From assembly GCA_903925275.1 (NCBI GenBank), contig CAIYES010000164.1, positions 1 through 62,298 of the forward strand: a DNA stretch of 62,298 nt. Direction: 5' to 3'. The notes beneath the pieces were generated by a model. The model had not been told where the DNA came from, did not search any database, and saw only the letters and a list, made by a program, of their open reading frames with translations. The DNA comes from an uncultured Bacteroidales bacterium. GTDB lineage: Bacteria; Bacteroidota; Bacteroidia; Bacteroidales; FEN-979. How positions within the stretch are numbered: position 1 is the stretch's first letter; each line of letters starts with the position of its first letter. Shown here in pieces: positions 28,217 through 37,591 of the stretch. Position numbers and translations under genes: made by a program.

Positions 28217-29612
28217 TCATCCATCCGACGAATTCTTCAGGGAGGCGCTAAAGGATCATCGGATGGAGCCTTCAGATGCAGCCAGGAAGGCCTTCCTGAA
28301 AGATGTCTCAGCGCTTCCCGCAGTATCTAAGAAGGGGAGAACAGGGTTAATCGTTTTGTCAGCAGCTATTGCATTGGTTGGCATGGGAATCATTCTCTGG
28401 TTCGCAACAGAAAAGAAATCGTCTGTTTCCTCCGCAAACGATATCAAATATACTGCACAACAATCGGTAAGGGCTGAAAATTTTCAGCCCAAACAACCAC
28501 AACAGGTAGGGGTTGAAAATATTCAATCCCAACAACCACCACAACAGGTAGGGGTTGAAAATATTCAATCCCACCAACAACCAAAAAAGGTAGGGGCTGA
28601 AAATATTCAACCCAAACAACAACAACAACAACAACAACAACAATCAGTAAGGGCTGAAAATTTTCAGCCCCAACGACAACCACAATCGGGGATGATTAAA
28701 TCTCCGGTTCTTACAAGTGAAGCAGAAACAACCGCCTTGACCGCAATTAACAATCAGGTTGCGATTATTTCTGAACCGCCTGCCAAATCAATTGATGACA
28801 TTTCAGTCAATCCTTCGGTGACAAACTCCGATACAACCGTACATATTAAAAAGCCAGATTCACCAATACCACCTGTTTCCGGGGCAAGAGAAACACCTCC
28901 GCCTACCTACAGAGAAACCAAAAAAATGACGCCTTTCATAGGGGTTTATTACACGCCGGAATGGATGTTCAACACACTGGAGGGAACAAAATTCGTCAAC
29001 AACTTCGGACTTGAAGGAACTTTCCATTTCGGCAGGTTCTCCATTCGGACAGGAGCCGGTTTTTCCATTACCAAAGGCACCAATGAACTGATTGTGGCGT
29101 ACAATGATTTTCTGGGCTCCTATAATAAATTAGACTCCATGAAATTTACATGGAACAATCCTGCACAGCAATATGTCCCGAAATTATACATGAGCAACCA
29201 GGATGTATGGGATAGTTTGATGAAAGTTGACTATGCAAGAGTAGTAAAAAGATATACCTATCTGCAGATTCCCATGATCATGGGGTATGATTTCGTTCAA
29301 TCTGACAAAATTTCGGTTGGTGTACGTGTAGGACCTGTTTTGTCGGTACTGCTGGCGACAAAACAATTATCGGCTGCGTATGATCCGGGCAATAAAAGGG
29401 TTGTCAGTATAAACGATATTGCACCCGAACAGGTCAGCCTCAACTGGCAGGCGATGGCCGGACTCAACACATCTATTCGTGTGACAAAAGCGTTGCAGTT
29501 TGAAGCAGAACCCTCAATCAGGTATTATTTTAACTCAGTTTATGAAAAACCAGTGCCTTCATGGAAGCCATGGTCGATCAGCATTCGCCTCGCAATGATG
29601 TTGTATTTTTAA
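28203..29612 (+). CDS. Anti-sigma-like membrane protein with an internal repeat region and a C-terminal outer-membrane beta-barrel-like domain
   Basis: Translationally coupled to the ECF sigma gene. It has a short cytoplasmic N-terminus, one TM helix (LIVLSAAIALVGMGIILWF), a Q/P-rich repeat region, and then beta-strand-rich sequence ending in an aromatic residue (MMLYF). Confidence 0.6.
   Translation: MKKYNHPSDEFFREALKDHRMEPSDAARKAFLKDVSALPAVSKKGRTGLIVLSAAIALVGMGIILWFATEKKSSVSSANDIKYTAQQSVRAENFQPKQPQQVGVENIQSQQPPQQVGVENIQSHQQPKKVGAENIQPKQQQQQQQQQSVRAENFQPQRQPQSGMIKSPVLTSEAETTALTAINNQVAIISEPPAKSIDDISVNPSVTNSDTTVHIKKPDSPIPPVSGARETPPPTYRETKKMTPFIGVYYTPEWMFNTLEGTKFVNNFGLEGTFHFGRFSIRTGAGFSITKGTNELIVAYNDFLGSYNKLDSMKFTWNNPAQQYVPKLYMSNQDVWDSLMKVDYARVVKRYTYLQIPMIMGYDFVQSDKISVGVRVGPVLSVLLATKQLSAAYDPGNKRVVSINDIAPEQVSLNWQAMAGLNTSIRVTKALQFEAEPSIRYYFNSVYEKPVPSWKPWSISIRLAMMLYF
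28467..28671. repeat. Five in-frame copies of a 20-24 bp palindrome (GGGCTGAAAATTTTCAGCCC and variants) plus (CAA)9
   Basis: Copies at 28467-28490, 28506-28530, 28548-28572, 28590-28613 and 28647-28671. The first and last contain a perfect 20-bp palindrome. Copy-to-copy distances are 39, 42, 42 and 57 bp. (CAA)9 lies at 28617-28643. Confidence 0.9.
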
Positions 29613-29726
29613 AAAATCATCAAATCCCGGGCAACCATTTATAGTTTACGGGTTAATAAATCAGAAAACATCCGGAACCTGTTTCAAATAAAATTATTAA
29701 ATTTACAAATCTCAAAACCAACCATT

Positions 29727-32015
29727 ATGAAAAAGTTACTTTTCCAATTCATGTTCATGTTACTAATCTTCCCGGCATTTTCACAGGGATATATAAGCGT
29801 TTCCGGCACTGTCACCGATATTGCAACCGGCAACCCGATCCCGAATCAGGCTGTGACGATTCTGTCGGATTCAACCACCGGGTTCGTTTATTATCAAATG
29901 GTGTTCACGGACAATGCCGGATTTTACTTTGATACAATTGCTGTGACGTTGGGCGTTTCAGGAACATTGTTTATCCAGACCTATGATTGCAACAGTCTGT
30001 TACATGAAGATGTGTGGAACTATACGCCCATGCAAACCCACACCTCGGATTTTTCGATTTGCTATGCCAACACCGGAGGTTGCCAGGCATTCTTCATTTA
30101 CAATGTGAGCGATAGCAACATGGTTTCTTTTCAGGATATGTCGACCGGGAGTCCGGCGATCATTTCCTGGAGTTGGAATTTTGGTGATCCTGCAGCAGGA
30201 ACGAACAATACATCCACATTGCAAGATCCGGTTCATATTTATTCCATGCCAGGAACCTATACCGTGTGCCTTACGATTCAAGGATCCGACAGTACATGCT
30301 CTGACATGTATTGTCAGGCAGTAGTCCTTGGATCCAGTGGTAACTGCGATGCTCTATTTACGTTCTATGCTGACACTGCATCTTCAGCAAATACCATTCA
30401 TTTTGTTGATCTGTCTACAACAGGTTACGGGCATATCTCAACCTGGACATGGTCCTTTGGCGATGGGAATACTCAGACCATTGCATATCCAGCCAACCCG
30501 AATGTCACCCATACCTATTTATCCAACGGTACCTATACACCCTGTTTAACGATTCAGGGGAATGACAGTAGCTGCTATGACCACGTCTGCGCTACAATCG
30601 TTATCGGACCTGACCCCGGATGCATAGCCAATTTCACCTATTCAGATTCCACCAATAACGGCACCGTCCAGTTTTTCGATCTGTCCCAGGCAGGCGGAGG
30701 TGCCCCGATCATTGCATGGAACTGGAATTTTGGAGATCCTGCTTCCGGCACAAATAATTCCTCCTCATATAGAAACCCTGTCCATTCCTTTACAGCACCC
30801 GGAAACTATACTGTTTGCCTGACCATCCAAGGCGCCGACAGCTCCTGTTTTGATGAAATCTGCAAAACAGTAGTCGTTGGGGACACTACTGGTTGCCAGG
30901 CCTATTTCACCTATACCTGTACCGCACCTACTTTTGTTACAGTTCAATTTTCCGACTTGTCAACCGGCAATCCAACAGGATGGCTTTGGAGTTTCGGTGA
31001 TGGCACTTCATCAACCATTCAGAACCCGGCCCATACCTTCGCTGCTACCGGCACTTTCAACGTATGTCTTACCATTACCGGGAATAATTGCACCAGCACC
31101 TATTGCCAGGATGTGGTAGTCCAGGACAGTACAAATTATCATCAGATTTACGGGCAGGTTTTTGAAGGCGATTTCCCACTGCCAATGGGTGCGGTAATGA
31201 TTTTCTCATTCGATACCACTGCCAATTACCAGCCTTATGTTGATGTATCGATCATTGATTCAAACGGGGTATATTATTTCACCTCGGTTCCTGATGGCAG
31301 TTACTATATTCTTGCCATTCCGTTTGATTCAAACGGCTATCTCCCTACCTATTACGGCAATACAATCAATTGGGAGCAAGCAACGATCGTCACAACAACA
31401 GGAACCCTGAACAATCCTTATAACATCAATCTTGTCGCTTCGGAACAAATGATCCCCGGACCAGGTTCTGCAACAGGCCAGATCAACATGGGTGACCTGA
31501 GCACTGCAATGGTGGATAAAATCAATATGATCCTGAAAAATGACCAGGGTAAAGCAATTGGTTTTACAAAGGTTTCCACTGAAGGAGCATTCAGTTTCCC
31601 AACGATGGCTTATGGCACCTATTACCTGCACCCGGAAATGCCAGGTGTAACCAGCGATAACATCATGATCGTCCTAACACCCGAAAAACCTCATGCCGAT
31701 GTAGTCCTGACATTTACCGGGAATAAAATCCAGGGCATCAATGATATCACAACCCTGGTTGACCAATGGTCGGTGTATCCGAATCCGGTTACCGATCATG
31801 TTTCTGTCAGTCTCGATATGAAACAAGGTACGCCAGTCGTTGCTGAAATCTATAACATGACCGGGCAGTTATTGTCAAGCTCTACAGTTGTTTTACATAA
31901 TGGAAATAACATCATTTCTCTTTCAACTGCTTCTTTGACATCCGGATTATTCACGCTTCGTATCTATTCGAAAGAAGGGGTGAACATTCATACCAAACTG
32001 GTAAAGACCAGATAA
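29727..32015 (+). CDS. Secreted PKD-repeat protein with T9SS C-terminal sorting domain
   Basis: Signal peptide and an N-terminal CarboxypepD_reg-like segment. Four PKD repeats follow (W.W.FGD...NP.H.Y...G.Y.V.LT), each followed by a Cys pair. The C-terminus WSVYPNPVTDHVSVSL...GLFTLRIYS matches the Por secretion tail pattern. Confidence 0.85.
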   Translation: MKKLLFQFMFMLLIFPAFSQGYISVSGTVTDIATGNPIPNQAVTILSDSTTGFVYYQMVFTDNAGFYFDTIAVTLGVSGTLFIQTYDCNSLLHEDVWNYTPMQTHTSDFSICYANTGGCQAFFIYNVSDSNMVSFQDMSTGSPAIISWSWNFGDPAAGTNNTSTLQDPVHIYSMPGTYTVCLTIQGSDSTCSDMYCQAVVLGSSGNCDALFTFYADTASSANTIHFVDLSTTGYGHISTWTWSFGDGNTQTIAYPANPNVTHTYLSNGTYTPCLTIQGNDSSCYDHVCATIVIGPDPGCIANFTYSDSTNNGTVQFFDLSQAGGGAPIIAWNWNFGDPASGTNNSSSYRNPVHSFTAPGNYTVCLTIQGADSSCFDEICKTVVVGDTTGCQAYFTYTCTAPTFVTVQFSDLSTGNPTGWLWSFGDGTSSTIQNPAHTFAATGTFNVCLTITGNNCTSTYCQDVVVQDSTNYHQIYGQVFEGDFPLPMGAVMIFSFDTTANYQPYVDVSIIDSNGVYYFTSVPDGSYYILAIPFDSNGYLPTYYGNTINWEQATIVTTTGTLNNPYNINLVASEQMIPGPGSATGQINMGDLSTAMVDKINMILKNDQGKAIGFTKVSTEGAFSFPTMAYGTYYLHPEMPGVTSDNIMIVLTPEKPHADVVLTFTGNKIQGINDITTLVDQWSVYPNPVTDHVSVSLDMKQGTPVVAEIYNMTGQLLSSSTVVLHNGNNIISLSTASLTSGLFTLRIYSKEGVNIHTKLVKTR

Positions 32016-32035
32016 ACTTCCAATATCAGATCAGA

Positions 32036-32071
32036 AAAGCCGCTTCGGACTTCCGGAGCGGCTTTTTTTTC
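32036..32071 (+). terminator. Rho-independent terminator
   Basis: gccgcttcgga (32039-32049) pairs with tccggagcggc (32052-32062) with one G-U pair, followed by T8. Confidence 0.85.
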
Positions 32072-32166
32072 TTTCCAACCAGTCTTAACAATTTTAACCT
32101 TTGCTGATAGTCATTTCAATCATGCGGGAATCACCTTTATTTGTTTAATTTTTCACAAACTTTTAA

Positions 32167-32174
32167 TACTTTTG
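32167..32174 (+). promoter_or_regulatory. -7 box TActTTTG for gcvP
   Basis: TAnnTTTG match 33 nt upstream of the ATG at 32208. Confidence 0.5.
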
Positions 32175-32207
32175 CGACAGCTTCAAAAATCCTCAAAAAT
32201 TCCTCTT

Positions 32208-35066
32208 ATGATCAACAACAACTTTGCAAGAAGACACAACGGACCATTCGGCAGTGAAATCAATAAGATGCTTGAGAAGGTCGGCGTTACCTCTTTGGAT
32301 CAGCTTATTGACCAAACAGTTCCATCTTCCATCCGGATGAAAACACCGCTTGACCTCCCCATTGGGATGAATGAATATCAGTACCTCAATCATATTAAAT
32401 CAATCGGCAATAAAAACAAACTTTTCAAGACCTTCATCGGGTTGGGTTACTATAATACCATTGTTCCTGCCGTCATTCTGCGCAACATACTCGAAAACCC
32501 GGGATGGTACACCGCCTATACTCCTTATCAAGCCGAAATATCACAGGGAAGACTTGAGGCATTGCTGAATTTTCAAACCATGGTATGCGATCTTACTTCG
32601 ATGCCCATTGCGAATGCATCATTGCTCGACGAGGGCACCGCTGCGTCAGAAGCCATGATCATGCTCTTCAACAGCCGCTCCCGCGACGCTGTAAAAAGAG
32701 GCGCCAACCATTTCTTTGTTTCCGAGAACCTCTTCCCGCAATCGATCGATGTTATCCGTACACGCGCCATTCCTCTTGGCATCGACCTTATCATCGGGAA
32801 GCAGGATGAATTCAATTTTAACGATATGGTTTTCGGTTGTGTGATCCAGTATCCGAACCAGCACGGGGCAGTGTGCGATTATGCCACGATTGTCGGAAAG
32901 GCGCATCAGGCAGGTGCCATGGTTGCTGTTGCGGCTGACTTGCTGAGCCTCACCCTGCTTACCCCTCCGGGAGAATGGGGCGCCGATATCGTTTTCGGAT
33001 CGACCCAGCGATTCGGCATCCCGATGGGATATGGCGGGCCGCATGCAGCCTACTTTGCCACACGTGATGAGTACAAGCGTCAGATGCCAGGGCGCATCAT
33101 CGGTGTTTCGGTTGATGCCAACGGCAACCGGGCACTGCGTATGGCGCTTCAAACCCGCGAACAGCATATCAAACGTGAAAAAGCAACTTCCAACATCTGT
33201 ACATCCCAGGTATTGCTTGCCGTTATGGCCGGTATGTATGCCGTTTATCATGGTCCAAAAGGATTGCGTCAGATCGCCCGCCACATCAATATTCTCACCG
33301 GGGTTTTGTCCAAAGAAGCACAGAAATACGGATATCAGCAACTAAACGATTACTTCTTTGATACTGTAATGATCCGGATCCCGGAAGGAGTATCAATGGA
33401 GGCTATCCGCAACGCTGCATTAAATAGCCAGATGAACCTTCGCTACATTGACGACAGGCATATCGGCGTAAGCATTGACGAAACAACTTCCTTGTCGGAT
33501 ATCAACGCCCTCGTGGAGATATTTGCCAAAGCCAATGGTAAAACCTATGTTGAGTTTGTCTGCATCCCCGCGGAATGTGAACTCATCAACACGCTTCCCC
33601 AGCAGTTAACACGCACCTCAGCATACCTCACGCATAAGGTTTTCAACAGCTATCACTCTGAAACCGAGATGATGCGCTATATCAAAAAACTGGAGATCAA
33701 GGATCTTGCGCTTAACCGTTCAATGATCCCATTGGGTTCCTGCACCATGAAACTGAATGCCGCATCGGAACTGTTCGCGCTGAGCTATCCCGAATTTGGC
33801 GGAGTTCACCCTTTTGTTCCAAAAGATCAGGCTGAAGGATATCAGTTCCTGATTGAAGAACTTGCGAAAGACCTGGCAACCATTACCGGCTTCGATTCGG
33901 TTTCCTTTATGCCCAACTCGGGCGCTGCCGGTGAATATGCAGGGTTGATGGTAATCCGGCAATACCATATCGCAAATGGCCAGGGGCATCGCGATGTCTG
34001 CATCATCCCCTCATCGGCCCATGGTACCAATCCGGCCAGCGCTGCGATGGCCGGGATGAAGGTGGTGGTTGTAAAATGTGATGACAAAGGAAATATCGAC
34101 GTAAATGACCTACGTGAAAAGGCAGTTCAGTATAAAGATACTTTGTCAGCATTAATGGTTACCTATCCTTCGACCCATGGAGTTTTCGAAGAGGAGATTC
34201 TTGACATCATCCGCATTATTCATGAAAACGGCGGACAGGTTTACATGGACGGTGCCAACATGAATGCCCAGGTCGGACTGACCAATCCTGGCATCATCAA
34301 GGCTGATGTTTGTCACCTGAACCTGCATAAAACTTTTGCCATTCCTCATGGTGGCGGTGGCCCCGGCGAGGGTCCGATTGCTGTTGCAAAACACCTTTCA
34401 CCCTATCTGCCGAAACATGTGTGCGTTGAAACCGGTGGCCAAAACGGCATTACAGCCGTTGCTTCCGCACCTTATGGCAGTGCCCTTATCCTCACCATCT
34501 CCTACGCCTATATCAAGTTACTTGGTGGTGCCGGACTGACCGAAGCCACTAAAATGGCCATCCTGAATGCAAATTATCTCAAATCATGCCTGGAGCCCTA
34601 CTACCCGATCCTCTATTCAGGAAAGAATGGTCGTTGTGCACATGAGATGATCGTTGATTGCAATGCAATCAGCCGGCAAACCGGCATAGGAGCCATCGAT
34701 ATTGCCAAACGGTTGATGGATTATGGCTTTCACGCGCCTACCGTTGCTTTTCCGGTTCACGGCACCCTGATGGTCGAACCTACTGAGAGCGAACCCTATT
34801 CGGAGTTGAACCGATTCCTTGAAGCGATGATCGCCATCAAGGGAGAAATTGAAGAAATTGCATCAGGTAAAGCCGATAAAGTGATAAACGTGATCATGAA
34901 AGCGCCACACACCGCTCAGATGGTTTCGGCCGATGAATGGAACCTCCCCTATTCGCGCCAGAAAGCAGCATTTCCGGTTGATTCGTTAAAAGAGGACAAA
35001 TACTGGCCTACGGTAACCCGTATCGACGATGCATTTGGTGACCGGAATCTTGCGTGCACAGCGTAG
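32208..35066 (+). CDS. gcvP: Glycine dehydrogenase (decarboxylating), single-chain P protein
   Basis: 952 aa from MINNNFARRHNGP. Motifs NPGWYTAYTPYQAEISQGRLE, HLNLHKTFAIPHGGGGPG (PLP Lys) and MVEPTESE. Confidence 0.96.
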   Translation: MINNNFARRHNGPFGSEINKMLEKVGVTSLDQLIDQTVPSSIRMKTPLDLPIGMNEYQYLNHIKSIGNKNKLFKTFIGLGYYNTIVPAVILRNILENPGWYTAYTPYQAEISQGRLEALLNFQTMVCDLTSMPIANASLLDEGTAASEAMIMLFNSRSRDAVKRGANHFFVSENLFPQSIDVIRTRAIPLGIDLIIGKQDEFNFNDMVFGCVIQYPNQHGAVCDYATIVGKAHQAGAMVAVAADLLSLTLLTPPGEWGADIVFGSTQRFGIPMGYGGPHAAYFATRDEYKRQMPGRIIGVSVDANGNRALRMALQTREQHIKREKATSNICTSQVLLAVMAGMYAVYHGPKGLRQIARHINILTGVLSKEAQKYGYQQLNDYFFDTVMIRIPEGVSMEAIRNAALNSQMNLRYIDDRHIGVSIDETTSLSDINALVEIFAKANGKTYVEFVCIPAECELINTLPQQLTRTSAYLTHKVFNSYHSETEMMRYIKKLEIKDLALNRSMIPLGSCTMKLNAASELFALSYPEFGGVHPFVPKDQAEGYQFLIEELAKDLATITGFDSVSFMPNSGAAGEYAGLMVIRQYHIANGQGHRDVCIIPSSAHGTNPASAAMAGMKVVVVKCDDKGNIDVNDLREKAVQYKDTLSALMVTYPSTHGVFEEEILDIIRIIHENGGQVYMDGANMNAQVGLTNPGIIKADVCHLNLHKTFAIPHGGGGPGEGPIAVAKHLSPYLPKHVCVETGGQNGITAVASAPYGSALILTISYAYIKLLGGAGLTEATKMAILNANYLKSCLEPYYPILYSGKNGRCAHEMIVDCNAISRQTGIGAIDIAKRLMDYGFHAPTVAFPVHGTLMVEPTESEPYSELNRFLEAMIAIKGEIEEIASGKADKVINVIMKAPHTAQMVSADEWNLPYSRQKAAFPVDSLKEDKYWPTVTRIDDAFGDRNLACTA

Positions 35067-35112
35067 GGAAATGGTGAAATGGTGAAATGGTGAAATGGTG
35101 AAATGGTGAAAC
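35067..35112. repeat. Tandem octamer array (GGTGAAAT), about 6 units
   Basis: Starts at the first base after the gcvP TAG. Four perfect internal units are flanked by two degenerate end units. Confidence 0.92.
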
Positions 35113-35224
35113 GTACTTAGGAGATACCGGAGGGATGGTGTTGTGTTGTGGTGTACCACAGATTTTATCATAATGTGGGGATAATAAATATTCCGGTTGA
35201 GCAGATAAATATTTTCTAAAAAAA

Positions 35225-36055
35225 ATGAGGATAAAAAAATTACTATTATCTATCGGCATTTTGTTCTTTGCAGGATATACCTTACTTTACTGGGGCTGCG
35301 CCAACTCTGATACCAACCCTGATTACAATTACGGCCAGGCTGCTGATAATGCCCTTGCCGAAAATTTGTATGAAGATGCTGGCGACTGGTCGGATATATC
35401 GATGGAATTTGATTTTCCTAAATCGACGCAGATTGACACTGTTTACAAAGGAACCTGTGTTTCATCAACACTTGACACCACCGTGACGCCCCACAAACTT
35501 ATTATTAATTTTGGCACGGTCAATTGCAAGTGTGATGACAACAAATACCGGCGGGGAAAGATCATTGTAACCTATTCCGGAAAATATTTTCAGCAAGGTA
35601 CTGTCGTCATCGATTCTTTTGCCAACTATTATGTGAATGATAATAAAATTCTGGGGACGCGCACGATTACGAATAAGGGAAGGAATGAAGCCAATCATAT
35701 GTATTGGGACCTGATTGTTGCAGGTCAGGTGATAACTTCCAAAAACGGTGGGACGATTACCTGGAATTGTGAACGTACCAGGGAATGGATTGCCGGAGAA
35801 GGGCAGACACACGCAAACTGGGAGTTTGGTATTACCGGTACGAGCAATGGCTCAAGAAACGGAGCATTAACTTACACCAGCACAATTACGCAACAGTTGA
35901 TCAGAAAAGGCAGTTGTCCCTGGATTGTAAGCGGTTTAATTGATATTCAACCTCTCGATCAACCCAAAATCGAATTGGATTACGGGAATGATACTTGTGA
36001 CAGCAATATTTTTGCCACCATCAATGGCAAAACCATTACGCTCTTGTTAAAGTAA
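35225..36055 (+). CDS. Hypothetical lipoprotein
   Basis: Signal peptide with a lipobox-like YWGC. No family recognised. The mature part is Cys-containing and beta-rich. Confidence 0.5.
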   Translation: MRIKKLLLSIGILFFAGYTLLYWGCANSDTNPDYNYGQAADNALAENLYEDAGDWSDISMEFDFPKSTQIDTVYKGTCVSSTLDTTVTPHKLIINFGTVNCKCDDNKYRRGKIIVTYSGKYFQQGTVVIDSFANYYVNDNKILGTRTITNKGRNEANHMYWDLIVAGQVITSKNGGTITWNCERTREWIAGEGQTHANWEFGITGTSNGSRNGALTYTSTITQQLIRKGSCPWIVSGLIDIQPLDQPKIELDYGNDTCDSNIFATINGKTITLLLK

Positions 36056-36184
36056 AAAACAATGAGGATTTGATTAAATCCACCTGCCCCTACCTGATCC
36101 CCTTCTGCACAAGCAGTTCCCTTATTTGATGATGTTTATTTTTCATAAAAAAGATGAAATTTGCGTCAGAAATAAAGAATAAAT

Positions 36185-37375
36185 CTACATCGTTTCAAGA
36201 CAAATTTTGATTTTTTGCCAAGTATTGTCGATATCGTTGTCAAGTCCTACTGAAAAGCGTACGAGTCCCTCCGATAATCCCATCTCACGTTGGATCTCCT
36301 CAGGAACCTCGGAAGAAGTACTTTTTCCCGAATTGCTGAAAAGTGTTTTAAAATATCCTAAGCTTACGGCTAAGTATCCGACACCTGCTTTCTCCATCAT
36401 TTCCATCAATTTGGCTGCACGCTCGGCTGTAACCATATCGATGGCGATCAGGCCTCCAAAGCCGAATTCGGGATTCATCATCTCTGTCAGTTTTTTATGC
36501 CCTTTGTTTTCAGGAAGACCCGGATAGTTGATCTTCAAGCCAAACTCTTTGAACTTCCCGGCAAGGTACATGGCATTTTTGCTATGCTGCTTCATGCGAA
36601 GGTGCAGTGTATGCAGATTTTTCAGAATGCTTGATGAACGCAGCGGATCCAGCGCGGGACCAAGCAACATCGCAGTACCGGCGTTGACATCGCTCAGCGA
36701 ATCGATGAATTCTTTGGTTGCGCAAATGGCTCCTGCAACACAGTCGTTTTTTCCGTTGATAAATTTGGTCATGCTGTATACAACAACATGAGCGCCCAAT
36801 TTGAACGGAGCAATGATCATCGGGGTAAACGTATTGTCAACCACCAACCGGATATTGTGATCATCGGCAATTTTTGCAAGTGCAGGAATATCCGATATCT
36901 GTAACAAAGGATTGGTCATTGATTCGGTATAGATCATCTTTGTTTCAGGACGAATGGCCTGTTTTACAAGTTCAAGATTGGTAATATCAACAAATGTCAC
37001 ATCGATATTGAATTTTTTCACATAGTTGAACAAAAAGGCGAATGTGCCTCCATAGGTTGTCAAGCTGCAAACGATATGATCTCCACTGTTGCAAATCTGT
37101 AAAATGGAGCAGGTGATCGCTGCCATTCCGGAGGCAGTGACCCAGGCCGATTCGGTACCCTCCATAGCGGCAAGGGCATCGGCCAGGTATTTGTTGGTTG
37201 GGTTCCAGTGGCGGGAATAGAGGAAACACCCTACAGCTTCGCCATGAAATGTGTCCATCATGGTTTTTGCCTGCATAAAAGTAAAGGTGGCAGAATCGCA
37301 AACAGAAGGATTGACATCCCCAAATTCACCAAATTGAAGAAGATCGAAAATCTTTGTTGATGGGTCATTTTGCAT
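36185..37375 (-). CDS. Methionine gamma-lyase-like Cys/Met-metabolism PLP-dependent enzyme
   Basis: Start taken at MQNDPSTK. The N-terminus GEFGDVNPSVCDSATFTF resembles the MGL family. YSMTKFINGKND is the PLP-Lys region. It is divergent from an Lrp/AsnC regulator. Confidence 0.72.
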   Translation of the reverse strand: MQNDPSTKIFDLLQFGEFGDVNPSVCDSATFTFMQAKTMMDTFHGEAVGCFLYSRHWNPTNKYLADALAAMEGTESAWVTASGMAAITCSILQICNSGDHIVCSLTTYGGTFAFLFNYVKKFNIDVTFVDITNLELVKQAIRPETKMIYTESMTNPLLQISDIPALAKIADDHNIRLVVDNTFTPMIIAPFKLGAHVVVYSMTKFINGKNDCVAGAICATKEFIDSLSDVNAGTAMLLGPALDPLRSSSILKNLHTLHLRMKQHSKNAMYLAGKFKEFGLKINYPGLPENKGHKKLTEMMNPEFGFGGLIAIDMVTAERAAKLMEMMEKAGVGYLAVSLGYFKTLFSNSGKSTSSEVPEEIQREMGLSEGLVRFSVGLDNDIDNTWQKIKICLETM

Positions 37376-37591
37376 GATAAATGGATTTTGGAATTCGTAT
37401 GATGATTTTTGTTTTTTATACCCGGGAACTGACCAAGACTGATACAATTCCCGGTGCAAAAATAAGATATCATAAGCAAATATTCATATTTTATAACATA
37501 TTATAATATTTTCTGACAATATTTTTTAATTTTGTTATCAAAATCAATGTTTATTACCCAATTTGAAATTAAATTATTATAAAATGAGCTT

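Noticed and set aside
28467-28671. Possible CRISPR array: palindromic ~24-bp repeats with intervening 'spacers'.
   Set aside because: The 'spacers' are only 15-33 bp and are low-complexity CAA/CCA sequence. The periods are multiples of 3 inside a long ORF that has a clear signal/TM region and a beta-domain on either side. The repeats are degenerate. No cas genes or leader are present.
32072-32207. Glycine riboswitch upstream of gcvP.
   Set aside because: No tandem aptamer-like conserved segments are visible, and the spacer is short once the terminator and promoter box are accounted for.
32646-33341. 231-aa antisense ORF inside gcvP.
   Set aside because: It lies fully within a strongly supported, motif-rich gcvP frame. 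The translation has no recognisable features. It is typical antisense shadow ORF behaviour.
35113-35224. An inverted partner for the 35067 octamer array, or a small gene, in the gcvP downstream spacer.
   Set aside because: No CACCATTT-type units are present, and only a trivial short palindrome (TGTGGT..ACCACA) occurs. The ORFs here (35008..35259 -, 34986..35171 -) are repeat-driven (HHFTISPFHHFTIS).
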